64,000 bases of DNA from the NCBI GenBank assembly GCA_017519885.1, contig JAFWRO010000035.1, positions 31,427 through 95,426 on the forward strand, given 5' to 3'. The notes under the pieces were generated by a model. The model was given only the letters and a program-made list of their open reading frames with translations. It made no database searches and was not told the DNA's origin. The translations under genes and the position numbers were made by a program. The first letter of the stretch is position 1. Every line of letters starts with the position of its first letter. Of the stretch, positions 13,516-23,700 are shown in pieces. The DNA is from Bacteroidales bacterium (GTDB lineage Bacteria; Bacteroidota; Bacteroidia; Bacteroidales; UBA3663).

Positions 13516-15759
13516 TTATAAATGTATCAAAGCGCTTGGAAGGCCGTCACACCTGGCACCCACGACGCAGGGACCTGTAAGGCTGCGAAGACGAATGGTG
13601 GCTCGACCATTGGCAGCCTGGATGCGACGGGAGCCTGTGGTGGTGCCCTGGTTGACGAGCAATTCGCCATCGCCGGCAATCGAGAACTCAATCCAATCGC
13701 TGCTGTCGAGACAGCGGATGCCATTGGCGTCGTAGAGCTGGGCCTCGATCAGGTCGGGGGCAATCCGCGTGAGTCGCAGTTCGGCAGGCTTTCCCCAATG
13801 TTCGGTCTGATATTCGAAGGTAATCTCGTCGGACAAATCCTTGGCGACGGCCTTGATGGTGTTGGTGCCTCGTTGCAGGACGACGTTCCAATGGAAGCCC
13901 TGGGCGGGATAGTCCTCCATGTTACGCTTTCGTTTGCCTACCGACTGGCCATTGACGAAGAGCTCTACCTCGGGCTGATTGGAATAGACGAGGACCTCAC
14001 GGGGTTCGCCTTCCTCGCCCCAACGCACAGGCCAGGAATGTCCGTAGATGTGAAGCATCGGCTGGCTTGCCCAATAACTTTGGAACACGTAATAACTCTC
14101 CTTGGGCGTGCCATCGCGCTGCATGATGCCCTTCTGGTTGACGTAAGGAATAGGATTCGAGGGACGCAGCGGGGTGCAGAAATCCTTGAAGGTCCAGAAT
14201 GCCGATCCCGTCAGGTTGGGCATCCTGGCCTGTTCCTTCAGATGCCAATCGAAGAGACGGACAATGTAGCTCTCCGACCAGTCGCCTTTCTTGTCACCGA
14301 CCTCGATGTCGAAGCCCGACTCGGCATGTCGGCCCGCATGACTGTCGCCTCCCCATTCGGCATGCAGGAAATGGGGGAAGCGTGCGATGGCAGCCTCCTC
14401 CATCTCGCGATAATCGGTGAAGCGTCGGCTGTACCAACCTGCCCAAATCGACGGCGAATAGATATCGACGATGTCGGCACAGAAGTCGCAGCGACGAATG
14501 ACCGTCTTTCGCAGGGGGTCGAGCCGATGGGCGTGATCGTTGAGCGACGTCATCAGAGAACGGATACCCAGCGTATCGATGATGGTAGAGAAATCGCCTG
14601 GCCAGTCATTTTCGTTGCCGAGGCCCCAAAGGATGATGCTCGGATGATGACGATGCTGAGTGATCATGTTTTCGAGCATTCGATGAGCCTGCTGCTGATA
14701 CTCTTCTCCCCCTACTCCACCACGGCACCAGGGAATCTCTTCCCACACGAGGATGCCGAGCGAGTCGCAGAGGTCGAGCACGAGGTCGCGCTGCTGGTAA
14801 TGGCCCAAACGGATGAAGTTGGCACCCATGTCCTTGATCTGCTTCATCTCCTGTCGGATCTGCTCATCGGTCATAGCGGCACCCACTCCGGCATGGTCCT
14901 CATGGCGATGTGTACCCTTCAAGAGCAGACGGCGACCATTGAGGAAGAAGGGCCCATGCTCGCGGAACACATAACTGCGGAAGCCAAAGCGACGCTCGAT
15001 GACCTGTTGGCCAAAAGTGATACGAAGCGTATAGAGCGATGGCGAATCCACATCCCACAACGTAGGTTTCCTGATGCGGATAGGCAGACCGATGCCCCCT
15101 TCATAGACCGTCTTTCCATCGGGAGACACGATGCTGCAACTGACGTCCCCGATATCAGATGGCGAAGTTTTCACACTTACCTTGTCGCCCTCCACATCGA
15201 TGCGGACATCGCTGATGTAGCGCTCGGGCAGATACACCAGATGAACGGGGCGATAGAGTCCTCCATAGAGGCAGAAGTCGCTCATGTCGGAAGGAATCAT
15301 CTCCACATCACGACTGTTGTCGCAACGCACGGCAATGGGATGCCGGCCATTGCCGACTTCGGTGATATCGACCGTCCAACGGTCGTAACCGCCGACGTGC
15401 GAACCCATCAGACGGCCATCGACATAGACCTGCGTCTTCTGGCCTGCACCTTCGAACTCCAGCAAGGTATGTCCCCCAGCATAGGGATTTGCCACCTCGA
15501 TGGTGGTGCGATACCAGGCAGCACCCTGATAGTAGTTCACGTCGGGATCGACACCATCTTCGGCATTATAGCAATGGGGAAGCGTGACGTCCTGCCACAA
15601 CGGGACGCTTTCGGGTTTCCCTTCCTTCACGGGACGCTCCACCTCCCAGACGTTTGCCATGTCGGTGCGAACGAATTGCCATTGGGACAAATTGACCTGT
15701 GCACCAGCTGTCACAGCCAGCACACAGGTCGAAAAACAAAGCACACACAATCGTTTCAA
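13516..15759 (-). CDS. Glycoside hydrolase family 2 (beta-galactosidase/glucuronidase-like)
   Basis: Motifs are NFIRLGHYQQ, WGLGNENDW (acid/base) and HAEWGGDSH (nucleophile region). It has a signal peptide and a TTG start at 15757-15759. Confidence 0.9.
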   Translation of the reverse strand: MKRLCVLCFSTCVLAVTAGAQVNLSQWQFVRTDMANVWEVERPVKEGKPESVPLWQDVTLPHCYNAEDGVDPDVNYYQGAAWYRTTIEVANPYAGGHTLLEFEGAGQKTQVYVDGRLMGSHVGGYDRWTVDITEVGNGRHPIAVRCDNSRDVEMIPSDMSDFCLYGGLYRPVHLVYLPERYISDVRIDVEGDKVSVKTSPSDIGDVSCSIVSPDGKTVYEGGIGLPIRIRKPTLWDVDSPSLYTLRITFGQQVIERRFGFRSYVFREHGPFFLNGRRLLLKGTHRHEDHAGVGAAMTDEQIRQEMKQIKDMGANFIRLGHYQQRDLVLDLCDSLGILVWEEIPWCRGGVGGEEYQQQAHRMLENMITQHRHHPSIILWGLGNENDWPGDFSTIIDTLGIRSLMTSLNDHAHRLDPLRKTVIRRCDFCADIVDIYSPSIWAGWYSRRFTDYREMEEAAIARFPHFLHAEWGGDSHAGRHAESGFDIEVGDKKGDWSESYIVRLFDWHLKEQARMPNLTGSAFWTFKDFCTPLRPSNPIPYVNQKGIMQRDGTPKESYYVFQSYWASQPMLHIYGHSWPVRWGEEGEPREVLVYSNQPEVELFVNGQSVGKRKRNMEDYPAQGFHWNVVLQRGTNTIKAVAKDLSDEITFEYQTEHWGKPAELRLTRIAPDLIEAQLYDANGIRCLDSSDWIEFSIAGDGELLVNQGTTTGSRRIQAANGRATIRLRSLTGPCVVGARCDGLPSALIHL

Positions 15760-15873
15760 GGTTAAGAGGGGTTTGAAGGGTTCGAGGGGTTCGAGGGGTT
15801 CGAGAGGTTTGAGAGGTTAAGAGGGGCTAACAACCTTTCGAACCTTTCTTAACCTTTCGAACTTTTCAGAACC
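15760..15873. repeat. Intercistronic G-arm/C-arm tandem-repeat hairpin (9-bp units GGGTTCGAG / CCTTTCGAA)
   Basis: About 7 G-rich 9-mers (15760-15826) are followed by a short loop and about 4 complementary C-rich 9-mers (15834-15873). It fills the gap from one gene's stop to the next gene's start. Confidence 0.85.
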
Positions 15874-15874
15874 A

Positions 15875-18214
15875 TCATTTATTCAGCTTGTCTCTTCTAT
15901 GCAGCGCCTCGAGGTAATAGTAGTCGGCATAGTTGATGGGGACGTCGATCTCGTCGCCAGCGGGGTAGTTGCCCGTGGCGTGCAACAGGAGGAAGCCCTG
16001 TGCGGTGCCCGGCTCGGGCTGATAGCTGGTCTCCAATGAATGGAGAACGCGGTCGGCATAGCTGCGATAAGCGGCTGCGGTGTCGGCATCGACATAGGTA
16101 GCCAGTTCGTAGAGCGCGGAGGCGATGATGGCTGCTGCCGAAGCATCGCGTGGACATCCACCGTCCTGGGCAGGACCCACGCCGGTCTTGATGGCAGGGT
16201 CGCGCATGTCCCAGTAGGGAACCAGGTCGTCGGGCATATCGGGTTGTGACATCCAGAATGCGGCAATCTTCTGCGCCTGCTCCAAGTAGGCCTTGTCATG
16301 GGTATAACGATAGCACATCGTGAAGCCATAGAGACCCCAGCCCTGACCACGACTCCATACCGACTCGTCGAAGAGACCCTGGTGGGTGATGCGCTTGATG
16401 ACGCTGCCATCCTCGGGATTATAATCCACCACATGATAGGAGGAATAGTCCTCGCGGAAATGATTGCGCATGGTAGTGTTGGCATGCGAAACGGCAATGT
16501 TGTAGTAGCGCTTGTCACCCGTGATGCGTGATGCCTCGAAAAGCAGTTCGAGGTTCATCATATTGTCGATGATGACAGCGAACTTCCATCGGTCGGGTGT
16601 GCCCCAACTCCAACTGCGGATGCAACCCACACGGTCGTCGTAACGAGTGATGAGCGTCTTGGCTGCCTTCACGACAACGTCGCGATAGGACTGCTCGCCT
16701 GTCAGTTCCCACGCCTTGCCGAAGGTGTTATAGACCATGAAGCCCAGGTCGTGGCTTCCTCCATGGTTCTTCACCGGTTCGATGGGCCAGGTGTTGCTGA
16801 CCGCCTGCTGACGCCAGAAGGGATCGTGCGAATACTGGTACATGTGCCACAGTTCGCCACCGAAGAATCCACAGCACCAGTCGGGCTGACGCACCATACG
16901 CAAATCGCCGTTCTTCTCCACGCAACGTGGCATCAACGACCAGTCCTTGCGGTCCTTGCGTATCTTGTTCGCCTGGCTGAGCTGATGGCGCAACTGCACG
17001 TCAGCACGAGCAAAGGCATTGTCGGTGAGGTCGGGCGTATAGTAGAGCAGGAAGAAACGATCGGCAAAACGACGGATAACGTTGTCCTTGGCCAACTGCA
17101 GGTAGTCGGTGCGCTCGGGTTCTAGCAGGTAGAGACGATAGAAGTCCTTGGCCAGTTCGTTCTGCTTGTAGTCCCACTCGCTGATCTGCTGGTAGGGCCA
17201 CTCCTCCACCTTTCTGCCCATATACGGGGCAAGGAAGTCGGCGGCTTTCTCGAGCAGGTCCATGCCCTCGGGCTGATAGCCTGCCTGTCGTGCCAGCTGG
17301 AAGACGTCGATGATGTGCGTCATATTGTACTGCGAGTAACCGAAGGCCAACGTACGGCGCAACTCGTTGGGCTGTTTGCCATCGGGCTCGATCTGCGTCA
17401 GCATGCGCTTCTCGTAGAACTGTGACAGATATTCCTCCATCACCTTCTTGTCGCCCACAAATTTGGCGTAGGCGATGACCTGCACATCGTGGGCAGTGGC
17501 GTGGTTGTTGCGCTGGTTTCCTTCCTCGATGCCCTGTTCGCTGGTCAGGATCCAATGGAGGAACTCGGCGAACCATTTCCGAAGCGCCTTGGCATCCTTG
17601 GCGGTAAAGGCCTTTGAACCTTCGAGCAGTTGCACGGCATCGAGCATCTCGACAAACGAGTAGGCATCGATAACCCCGTAGCAGCGTCCCCTGCCGTTGA
17701 ACTTGCCAGGCACAATCTGGGCATGGTTCAGATTCGGATTCATCCTTGTGTCCTTGTCCAGGAACCATACTCTCAGCAGTTCGGCAGCCTTCCGGGCATA
17801 ACGCTCGTCGCCGCTGAAATACCAAGCCAGCGAGAGGGTGGTGACCCCGTTGGCCATCAGCGCCAGTTTCGGACGGTCGAGGAGTTCCAGTTCGGGATTC
17901 GACACACCGTCGCGAGCGATGTAGGGCAGTCCGTCGGGCTTGGTCGGATCGGGCCAGTAGTAGCGGCTCAGACTCAGGTAGTCGTGCTTGTCGCCACTGG
18001 CCGGCACCTTCTCCTTCATCATCACCGAAAGCGGCTGGCGCTGCAATTCGCTCTCGGCCTCGTCGAGAAGATGACGATAGGCTGTGGCGTAGGCCGGCTG
18101 TTCCAGCGAGGCTTTCACCCGGGCGAGGTGAGCGCCGTCCCAGATGGACTGCGCCCCCGCCGTCGATACGGGCAAAAGAAGGAGGAATAGACCAACTAAC
18201 TTATGAATCCTCAT
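15875..18214 (-). CDS. Fusion protein: alginate-lyase-like (alpha/alpha toroid) N-domain + GH88 unsaturated glucuronyl hydrolase-like C-domain
   Basis: The N-half has ...LSRYYWPDPTKPDGLPYIARDGVSNPE.... The C-half has ...GSHDLGFMVYN..., VIIDNMMNLELLF and WSRGQGWGLYGF, typical of GH88/GH105. Confidence 0.75.
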   Translation of the reverse strand: MRIHKLVGLFLLLLPVSTAGAQSIWDGAHLARVKASLEQPAYATAYRHLLDEAESELQRQPLSVMMKEKVPASGDKHDYLSLSRYYWPDPTKPDGLPYIARDGVSNPELELLDRPKLALMANGVTTLSLAWYFSGDERYARKAAELLRVWFLDKDTRMNPNLNHAQIVPGKFNGRGRCYGVIDAYSFVEMLDAVQLLEGSKAFTAKDAKALRKWFAEFLHWILTSEQGIEEGNQRNNHATAHDVQVIAYAKFVGDKKVMEEYLSQFYEKRMLTQIEPDGKQPNELRRTLAFGYSQYNMTHIIDVFQLARQAGYQPEGMDLLEKAADFLAPYMGRKVEEWPYQQISEWDYKQNELAKDFYRLYLLEPERTDYLQLAKDNVIRRFADRFFLLYYTPDLTDNAFARADVQLRHQLSQANKIRKDRKDWSLMPRCVEKNGDLRMVRQPDWCCGFFGGELWHMYQYSHDPFWRQQAVSNTWPIEPVKNHGGSHDLGFMVYNTFGKAWELTGEQSYRDVVVKAAKTLITRYDDRVGCIRSWSWGTPDRWKFAVIIDNMMNLELLFEASRITGDKRYYNIAVSHANTTMRNHFREDYSSYHVVDYNPEDGSVIKRITHQGLFDESVWSRGQGWGLYGFTMCYRYTHDKAYLEQAQKIAAFWMSQPDMPDDLVPYWDMRDPAIKTGVGPAQDGGCPRDASAAAIIASALYELATYVDADTAAAYRSYADRVLHSLETSYQPEPGTAQGFLLLHATGNYPAGDEIDVPINYADYYYLEALHRRDKLNK

Positions 18215-18225
18215 AAACCCTTAAG

Positions 18226-18837
18226 TTATTTGATGGTTACTTTAACCTTGTAGTTTACTGTGATGCAACGCACCTCGTACTCCGACGTCTTGTTGTTAGG
18301 CACATAGTACTCGGTATCGTCGTCTTTCGTTCCACCGTTCGAAATGCGCAGTTTGCCATCGGCATCCACATCCTTGGGGTCGAAGGTCATCAGCGTCACG
18401 TCGCCGGTGGCACCATTGAGCGCCTTTACGTAGATGTCCTGGACGCGATGGTTGTTGGTGTTATCGGGCGAACGGAGATCCCAGGTCAATACCCAGGCAC
18501 CGTTGCCATCCTGCTGAAGGACGTTGCCGCTGGCATCCGTCACCTGATAGTCGATACCGAGTGTCAGTTTGCTATCGGCATAGACGAAAGCCTGTGCATC
18601 GAAACTGCGCGTGCCTTCGCACCACAACTGTACGGGCACAACCTGCTGGCTGCCCTGGTTGACCGTGTAGGTCTTGTCGTTGTTGCTCTTGGGTCCCCAA
18701 TCGGCAAAGGCTACGATGAACACATTCTGATAGTCGGGATTGTCGTTGCCCCATTCGTCGTCCTCACAAGAGGTGAGCGTCGAAAGGCCCATCACCATGG
18801 CCATTGCCAGCGCGAACTTATTCATATAACGTTTCAT
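18226..18837 (-). CDS. PUL-associated surface lipoprotein, 203 aa, family unknown
   Basis: It has a lipoprotein signal ...GLSTLTSCEDDE and lies immediately downstream of the SusD homologue. Confidence 0.7.
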   Translation of the reverse strand: MKRYMNKFALAMAMVMGLSTLTSCEDDEWGNDNPDYQNVFIVAFADWGPKSNNDKTYTVNQGSQQVVPVQLWCEGTRSFDAQAFVYADSKLTLGIDYQVTDASGNVLQQDGNGAWVLTWDLRSPDNTNNHRVQDIYVKALNGATGDVTLMTFDPKDVDADGKLRISNGGTKDDDTEYYVPNNKTSEYEVRCITVNYKVKVTIK

Positions 18838-18860
18838 ATTTCGAAATATTGTTTTTATTT

Positions 18861-18916
18861 GGAGTAAAAGGGGAGTAAAAAAGGAGTAAAAGGGGAGTAA
18901 AAGGGTAGTAAAAAGG
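18861..18916. repeat. 5 x 10-12-bp tandem repeat GGAGTAAAAG(G)
   Basis: ggagtaaaag gggagtaaaaaa ggagtaaaag gggagtaaaag ggtagtaaaaag, in the SusD-lipoprotein gap. Confidence 0.85.
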
Positions 18917-18958
18917 ACGATACCTTCTACTGTAGGAATTTGTTCTGTTCAAACCAAC

Positions 18959-18986
18959 AATTGTTAATTGTTAATTATTAATTGTT
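18959..18986. repeat. 4 x 7-bp tandem repeat AATTGTT
   Basis: aattgtt aattgtt aattatt aattgtt. This is the same heptamer family as 11275-11330, 27041-27097 and 58670-58697. Confidence 0.8.
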
Positions 18987-18997
18987 ATTTGAACAGA

Positions 18998-20674
18998 TTA
19001 GTTCCATCCCGGGTTCTGCACCACGCTGCCTTCAGATGTGGCAATCTCGTAGGTAGGAATGGGATAATAGTAGTCCTTGGCGGGATTGAAGGTGCGGTTG
19101 GCAGCGTCCTCAATCACGTAGATACCACCCTGATCGGCCACCTTGCGACCATTGAACATACCGTTCTCATCGGTCAGACGGCTCTCGATGTTCTCACGCT
19201 GGGTGCTCAGGTTGTCGGCATCGTTGTACTTCAGTCCGAGCATAGTCTGTGGCAGCACCTTTTCGGCAATCTTCCAACGGATGATGTCGTTGTAGCGCAG
19301 GTTCTCGTCGATGAACTCCACAAGGCGTTCGCGACGGATCTCCTGGAGCATATCCAGGCCGTTGGCAGCACAGAAGGCGTTGGTCAGCAAAGCCTCGAAG
19401 CCTGAACGATGGCGCACCTTGTTGACGGTGGCATTCAGCTGGGCATCGGTGATCTGGCCGTTGTACTCATAGAGCGCCTCGGCGTAGGAGATGAGGATTT
19501 CGGCATAGCGGATGATCATCTTGTCGACGGTCTCCTTGTTGGTGGTGTTCCACTCTTCGAGCATAAATCCCTTCTTCAGTCCGTAGCCATTGCCGTGCTG
19601 GTTGCCGAAGGGGTTGTAGCCGGCCTTGTAGGCTTCCTCGTCCTTCTGGTAGAAGGTCATTGCCATACGTGGGTCGCGGTTGATGAACACATCGTTGTGG
19701 TGGGTTTCCTCAACCTTCAACGTGGTCTTCTCACGGGGCAGACCGTCGGTATAGAGTATCTGGTCGATGGTCTGACGAGTTACGCTGACAGCGTTCTCCA
19801 TACCACGCGAGTTGTTGTGGGTGATGACAGCACCGTCACCGTTGGGGCCATAGATCTTCACGAAGACGTTCTCCTTGTTCTGACGACCTTCGCCATCGAA
19901 GTAGAAGAGTTTCTGGAAGTCGGGATAGAGGTCGTGCTTGCCGCTCTGGATGAGACGCTCGGCAGCATCGATGCTCACCTTGAGGTGCGACTTGTAGTCA
20001 CCGCCCAGATTGTGATACTTCGAGAAGGTACCCTCGTAAAGTCCGATGCGTACCATCAAGCCAAGGGCTGCGCTCTTCGAGACACGTCCCCAGTCGGCAG
20101 CACTGCTCACCTGGTCGATTTCGGGCAGATATTCCTCAGCGAACTTCAGGTCGGCATAGCACTGCTGGATCACCTGTTCGCGGGGCGTGCGTCCCATCTT
20201 GATGTCGGGATCGCTGGTAGAATCGAATGCCTTCAGTATCAGGGGCACATCGCCGTATTTCTTCACAAGGTCGAAGAAATGGAAGGCACGGAAGAAGTAG
20301 GCTTCGGCCAGCCAGCGGTTCTTCTGGGCATCGGTGAGCGGAGCATTGCCGCCCTTCTCGATGATGTTGTTGCACACGAAGATCTTCTGGTAGGCGTTGG
20401 TCCAATCGCCTGAAGTGGCAGGGATGCTCCAGCTGCCGCTTGAGGTAGCATTTGCTGCGGTTCCGATGATGTCGTCGGCACGGGTGTCGTGCGAGAAGCC
20501 CGGAAGGTCGACATACAACTTGTTGCAGGCACCACGCAGGTCGGTCTCACTCTGCCAGAAGGTGTTGTCGGCGAGTGTGGTCTCGGGCAGTCGGTCCAGT
20601 TCGCAACTGGTGAGCGACATCATACCGCATACGATGCCGGCTGCATATATTGATTTGAATATATATCGTTTCAT
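18998..20674 (-). CDS. SusD/RagB-family nutrient-binding outer-membrane lipoprotein
   Basis: It has a lipoprotein signal MKRYIFKSIYAAGIVCGMMSLTSCELD, is about 558 aa, follows the SusC gene, and has the TPR-like SusD pattern. I moved the start to the internal ATG. Confidence 0.9.
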   Translation of the reverse strand: MKRYIFKSIYAAGIVCGMMSLTSCELDRLPETTLADNTFWQSETDLRGACNKLYVDLPGFSHDTRADDIIGTAANATSSGSWSIPATSGDWTNAYQKIFVCNNIIEKGGNAPLTDAQKNRWLAEAYFFRAFHFFDLVKKYGDVPLILKAFDSTSDPDIKMGRTPREQVIQQCYADLKFAEEYLPEIDQVSSAADWGRVSKSAALGLMVRIGLYEGTFSKYHNLGGDYKSHLKVSIDAAERLIQSGKHDLYPDFQKLFYFDGEGRQNKENVFVKIYGPNGDGAVITHNNSRGMENAVSVTRQTIDQILYTDGLPREKTTLKVEETHHNDVFINRDPRMAMTFYQKDEEAYKAGYNPFGNQHGNGYGLKKGFMLEEWNTTNKETVDKMIIRYAEILISYAEALYEYNGQITDAQLNATVNKVRHRSGFEALLTNAFCAANGLDMLQEIRRERLVEFIDENLRYNDIIRWKIAEKVLPQTMLGLKYNDADNLSTQRENIESRLTDENGMFNGRKVADQGGIYVIEDAANRTFNPAKDYYYPIPTYEIATSEGSVVQNPGWN

Positions 20675-20724
20675 AATATTTTCTAAAAAAGCTTGATTAC
20701 AACTCAAAACTTATGGCTCATGGC

Positions 20725-23700
20725 TTATAAAGTTACGTTCACACCGAACGACCAGGTACGGAAGAAGGGATAGTAGTTACGGCCTACATTGTTGCCCGAC
20801 TCGGGGTCGAATACCTTCAGGATATCCGACTTTTCCCATACGTCGTTACCGCTGACATAGATACGCAGCTTGTCGATGTAGCGCTTGGGAACGGGGATGG
20901 TATAGCCGACCGTGATGTTCTTCAGACGGAGATAGGAGGCATCCTGTACCCACTTGTCGGAGGGCTGGAAGTTGAACATATCGCCATTATAGTTGTAGAG
21001 ACGTGGCCAGTAGGCATCGGTGTTTTCGGGAGTCCAGTAGTCGCGATGGATGGTCCAAGGCATCTGGTGAGTACGTCCGAAGGGTGAGATGGCCTCGGTG
21101 TCGATGAGCAGTTTGCGCTTTGCAACACCCTGGAACATCACTGCAACGTCGAAGCCCTTCCACTTGGCAGAAAGGTTGATGCCATAGAGATAGCGTCCGT
21201 TGGTGTCGCCCAGATAAACGAGGTCGCCGTGGTTCTCCTTCGTGCCGTCGCCGGCACCTACCTGGTGGTTGATGGAGCCGTCCTTGTCGGGCAGCGTCAG
21301 GAACTTGACGTCACCAGCGCCGATCTTGCCATCGGAGAACGACTTGTAGCCTGGATGATCCTGCTTATACTGCTCGTACTCTTCCTTGCTCGACCAGTAG
21401 CCGTCGGTGGTGTAACCCCAGATGGTGTTGAGGGGATAGCCCTCGATCAGCTGGCGGGTACCGGCAGTGATCACGTCGGCTCCGTCGTATTCGACGAGTT
21501 CGTTCTTCGAGTCGGAGAGGTTGAATGCCACCTGATAGCTGAAGTCGCCGATGCGGTCGTTCCACTTGATCTCGAACTCCCATCCCCAGGTCTTCAGTTT
21601 GCCGATGTTGACGGCAGGCACACCGATACCGATGGTGTGAGGCAGCTGCAGGTTGGAGAGCATGTCGTTGTTATATTTCCAATAGTAGTCGAACGTAGCG
21701 TTCAGACGGCTGTTGAACAGGCCGAGATCGACACCGAGGTTCGTGGTCTCGATGGTCTCCCACGTCTTGTCCTTCGAAGCGAGCTGGCTCTGATAGTAGC
21801 TCTTTTCGGTGATGTAGGTGGTCGATTGCGAGATGGTAGCGATGTAGTCATACAAGCCGAGCACCGCGCCGTTACCAAGCTGACCCCATGATGCACGCAG
21901 TTTCAGGTTGCTTACCCAATCGAGCTTGAACCAAGGCTCCTGGTTCACACGCCAGGCTGCCGATACCGATGGGAAAGCCTTCCAGCGCTTCTCGGGTGCC
22001 AGACGTGACGAACCGTCGTAACGGATGTTGGCCTCAAGGAGATAACGCTCGGCAAAGTTGTAGTTGATACGTCCGAAATACGACATCATTGACCAAGGCT
22101 GGATCAGGTCACCCAGCGTGGTGTTCGAAGCCTCGGAAGCATCGTAATAGTTGAACGAATAGAAATCGTTGGAGTTCATATTGCGTGCAGTAGCATCGAA
22201 CTGGTCCTTGCGATAGTTCTCATAGCTCGTACCGGCAAGCACCTGGAAATTATGCTGACCTGCCTCCAATGCATAGTTTACGGTAGCCTCGAACTGATCG
22301 TGGTAGTCGTTGTTCTTCTGACGATAGAGCGAGTTGGGGTTGTTGGTCTGCTGACGGATGGTGGTGCCGTTCATGGCGTACCATGCCAGCCAGTGACGCT
22401 CGGAACGCTGGGTATAGTAACCAGCACGGCGGCTTGCACTCAGGTTCACGGTGAGACCCTTCACCAGGTTCTTGATGGTCAGTTCACCCTTGCCCAGGAA
22501 GGCTTCGTAGAGCGACTCGTTGGTGCCACCATTCTTAAGGATGTCGATAGGATTGACCTGAAGGTCGCCACTGTAGGGCTGTGCATCGTAGTTGGGAGTC
22601 TCTTCGGGCTGCCACAGCAACTGACGCGCACGTGCGCCGTACATTGTATTCAAGACACTGCCTGCACCACTCGATGGGGCGTTGTTCTTCTTCGACTGAT
22701 ACTGCACGTTGATGCCCAGGCTGAGATATTTGTTCAACTCGGCATGCAGCTTGGCATGCAGGTTCACGCGGGTATTGTTGTTCTTGGCATATTTCAGCAT
22801 ACCGTCCTTGAAGTAGTAGTTGCCGCTGATGAGGTAGTTGATGTTCTTCGAACCACCGCTCACCGAAATGGAGTGATTGGTCTGTCCGGCCCAGTCCTTG
22901 GTGCCTTCGTCCACCCAGTTGGTTGCGGTGAACTGCTCCCAACGTCCGTTGTTGTTGTTGGGGTAATAGTTGAAGTTGGGGTTTGCCACCCAGGTGGTCT
23001 TCTCCTTGTTCCATTCATAGGCACCGCCTGCATTGTATCGGCCAATATTGATCCACTGCTGCTCCTCCCATGCGGGCAGACGTTCTGGCATGTTGCCTGG
23101 CATATTGACAGCATAGTAGCCATTGTAGGAAACCTTCGGCTTGCCCTCGCTACCACTCTTGGTGGTGACGAGCACAACGCCCGATGCGGCACGTGCACCG
23201 TAGATGGCGCAGGCCGAAGCGTCCTTCAGTACCGAGATGCTCTCGATGTCGTCGGCATTGAGCAGGCCAAGGTCACCTTCAATACCATCGATCAGCACCA
23301 GGGCCGAAGTGGCATTCACCGATGAGAAACCGCGGATACGCATACCGCTGGTCTCGCTGCCTGGCTCACCGCTCGAACGGAGCACAGCCACACCTGGCAT
23401 TTCGCCCTGCATGGCGCTGAGCACATCGCTCGAAGGCTTGGCTGCGAGTTTGTCACCATCGACAGCACTCACGGCACCCGACAGGTTGACTTTCTTCTGA
23501 ACGCCATAACCGATGACTACGACTTCGTTCAAGGTCTTGTCGTCTTCCTCGAGAAGAACAGTATTGCCGATTCGTGTGGCAAGGATCTCCTGAGTAGAAT
23601 AGCCGACGTAGGAGAAAGTGATGGTTGCGCCCGACTTGACATTATGGATCACGAAGTTTCCGTCAACGTCGGTAACCACACCGTTCGTGGTGCCCTTCTC

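Noticed and set aside
13522-15765. 747-aa ORF on the plus strand that exactly mirrors the GH2 gene. Similar long antisense ORFs lie at 36779-38077, 62240-63271, 34984-36105, 27594-28703, 28927-29889, 30817-32157, 19409-20413, 22252-23325, 11542-12504, 12575-13342 and 9754-10608.
   Set aside because: Each lies antisense to a gene with unmistakable family motifs. Each has a biased composition rich in Gly/Ala/Val/Asp/His/Leu and no recognisable domain. They are the expected stop-poor shadow frames of GC-rich coding sequence.
15778-15804. GGGTTCGAGGGGTTCGAG resembles a tRNA T-arm (GGTTCGA).
   Set aside because: No acceptor, D or anticodon arms can be drawn. It is a 9-bp tandem repeat.
17001-17825. 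274-aa Arg/Pro-rich ORF in an alternative frame of the lyase-like/GH88 gene. Similar same-strand overlaps lie at 15883-16518, 10377-10763 and 11517-11969.
   Set aside because: These are off-frame ORFs inside well-supported genes, with an extreme Arg/Pro/Ser/Ala composition typical of frame-shifted GC-rich sequence.
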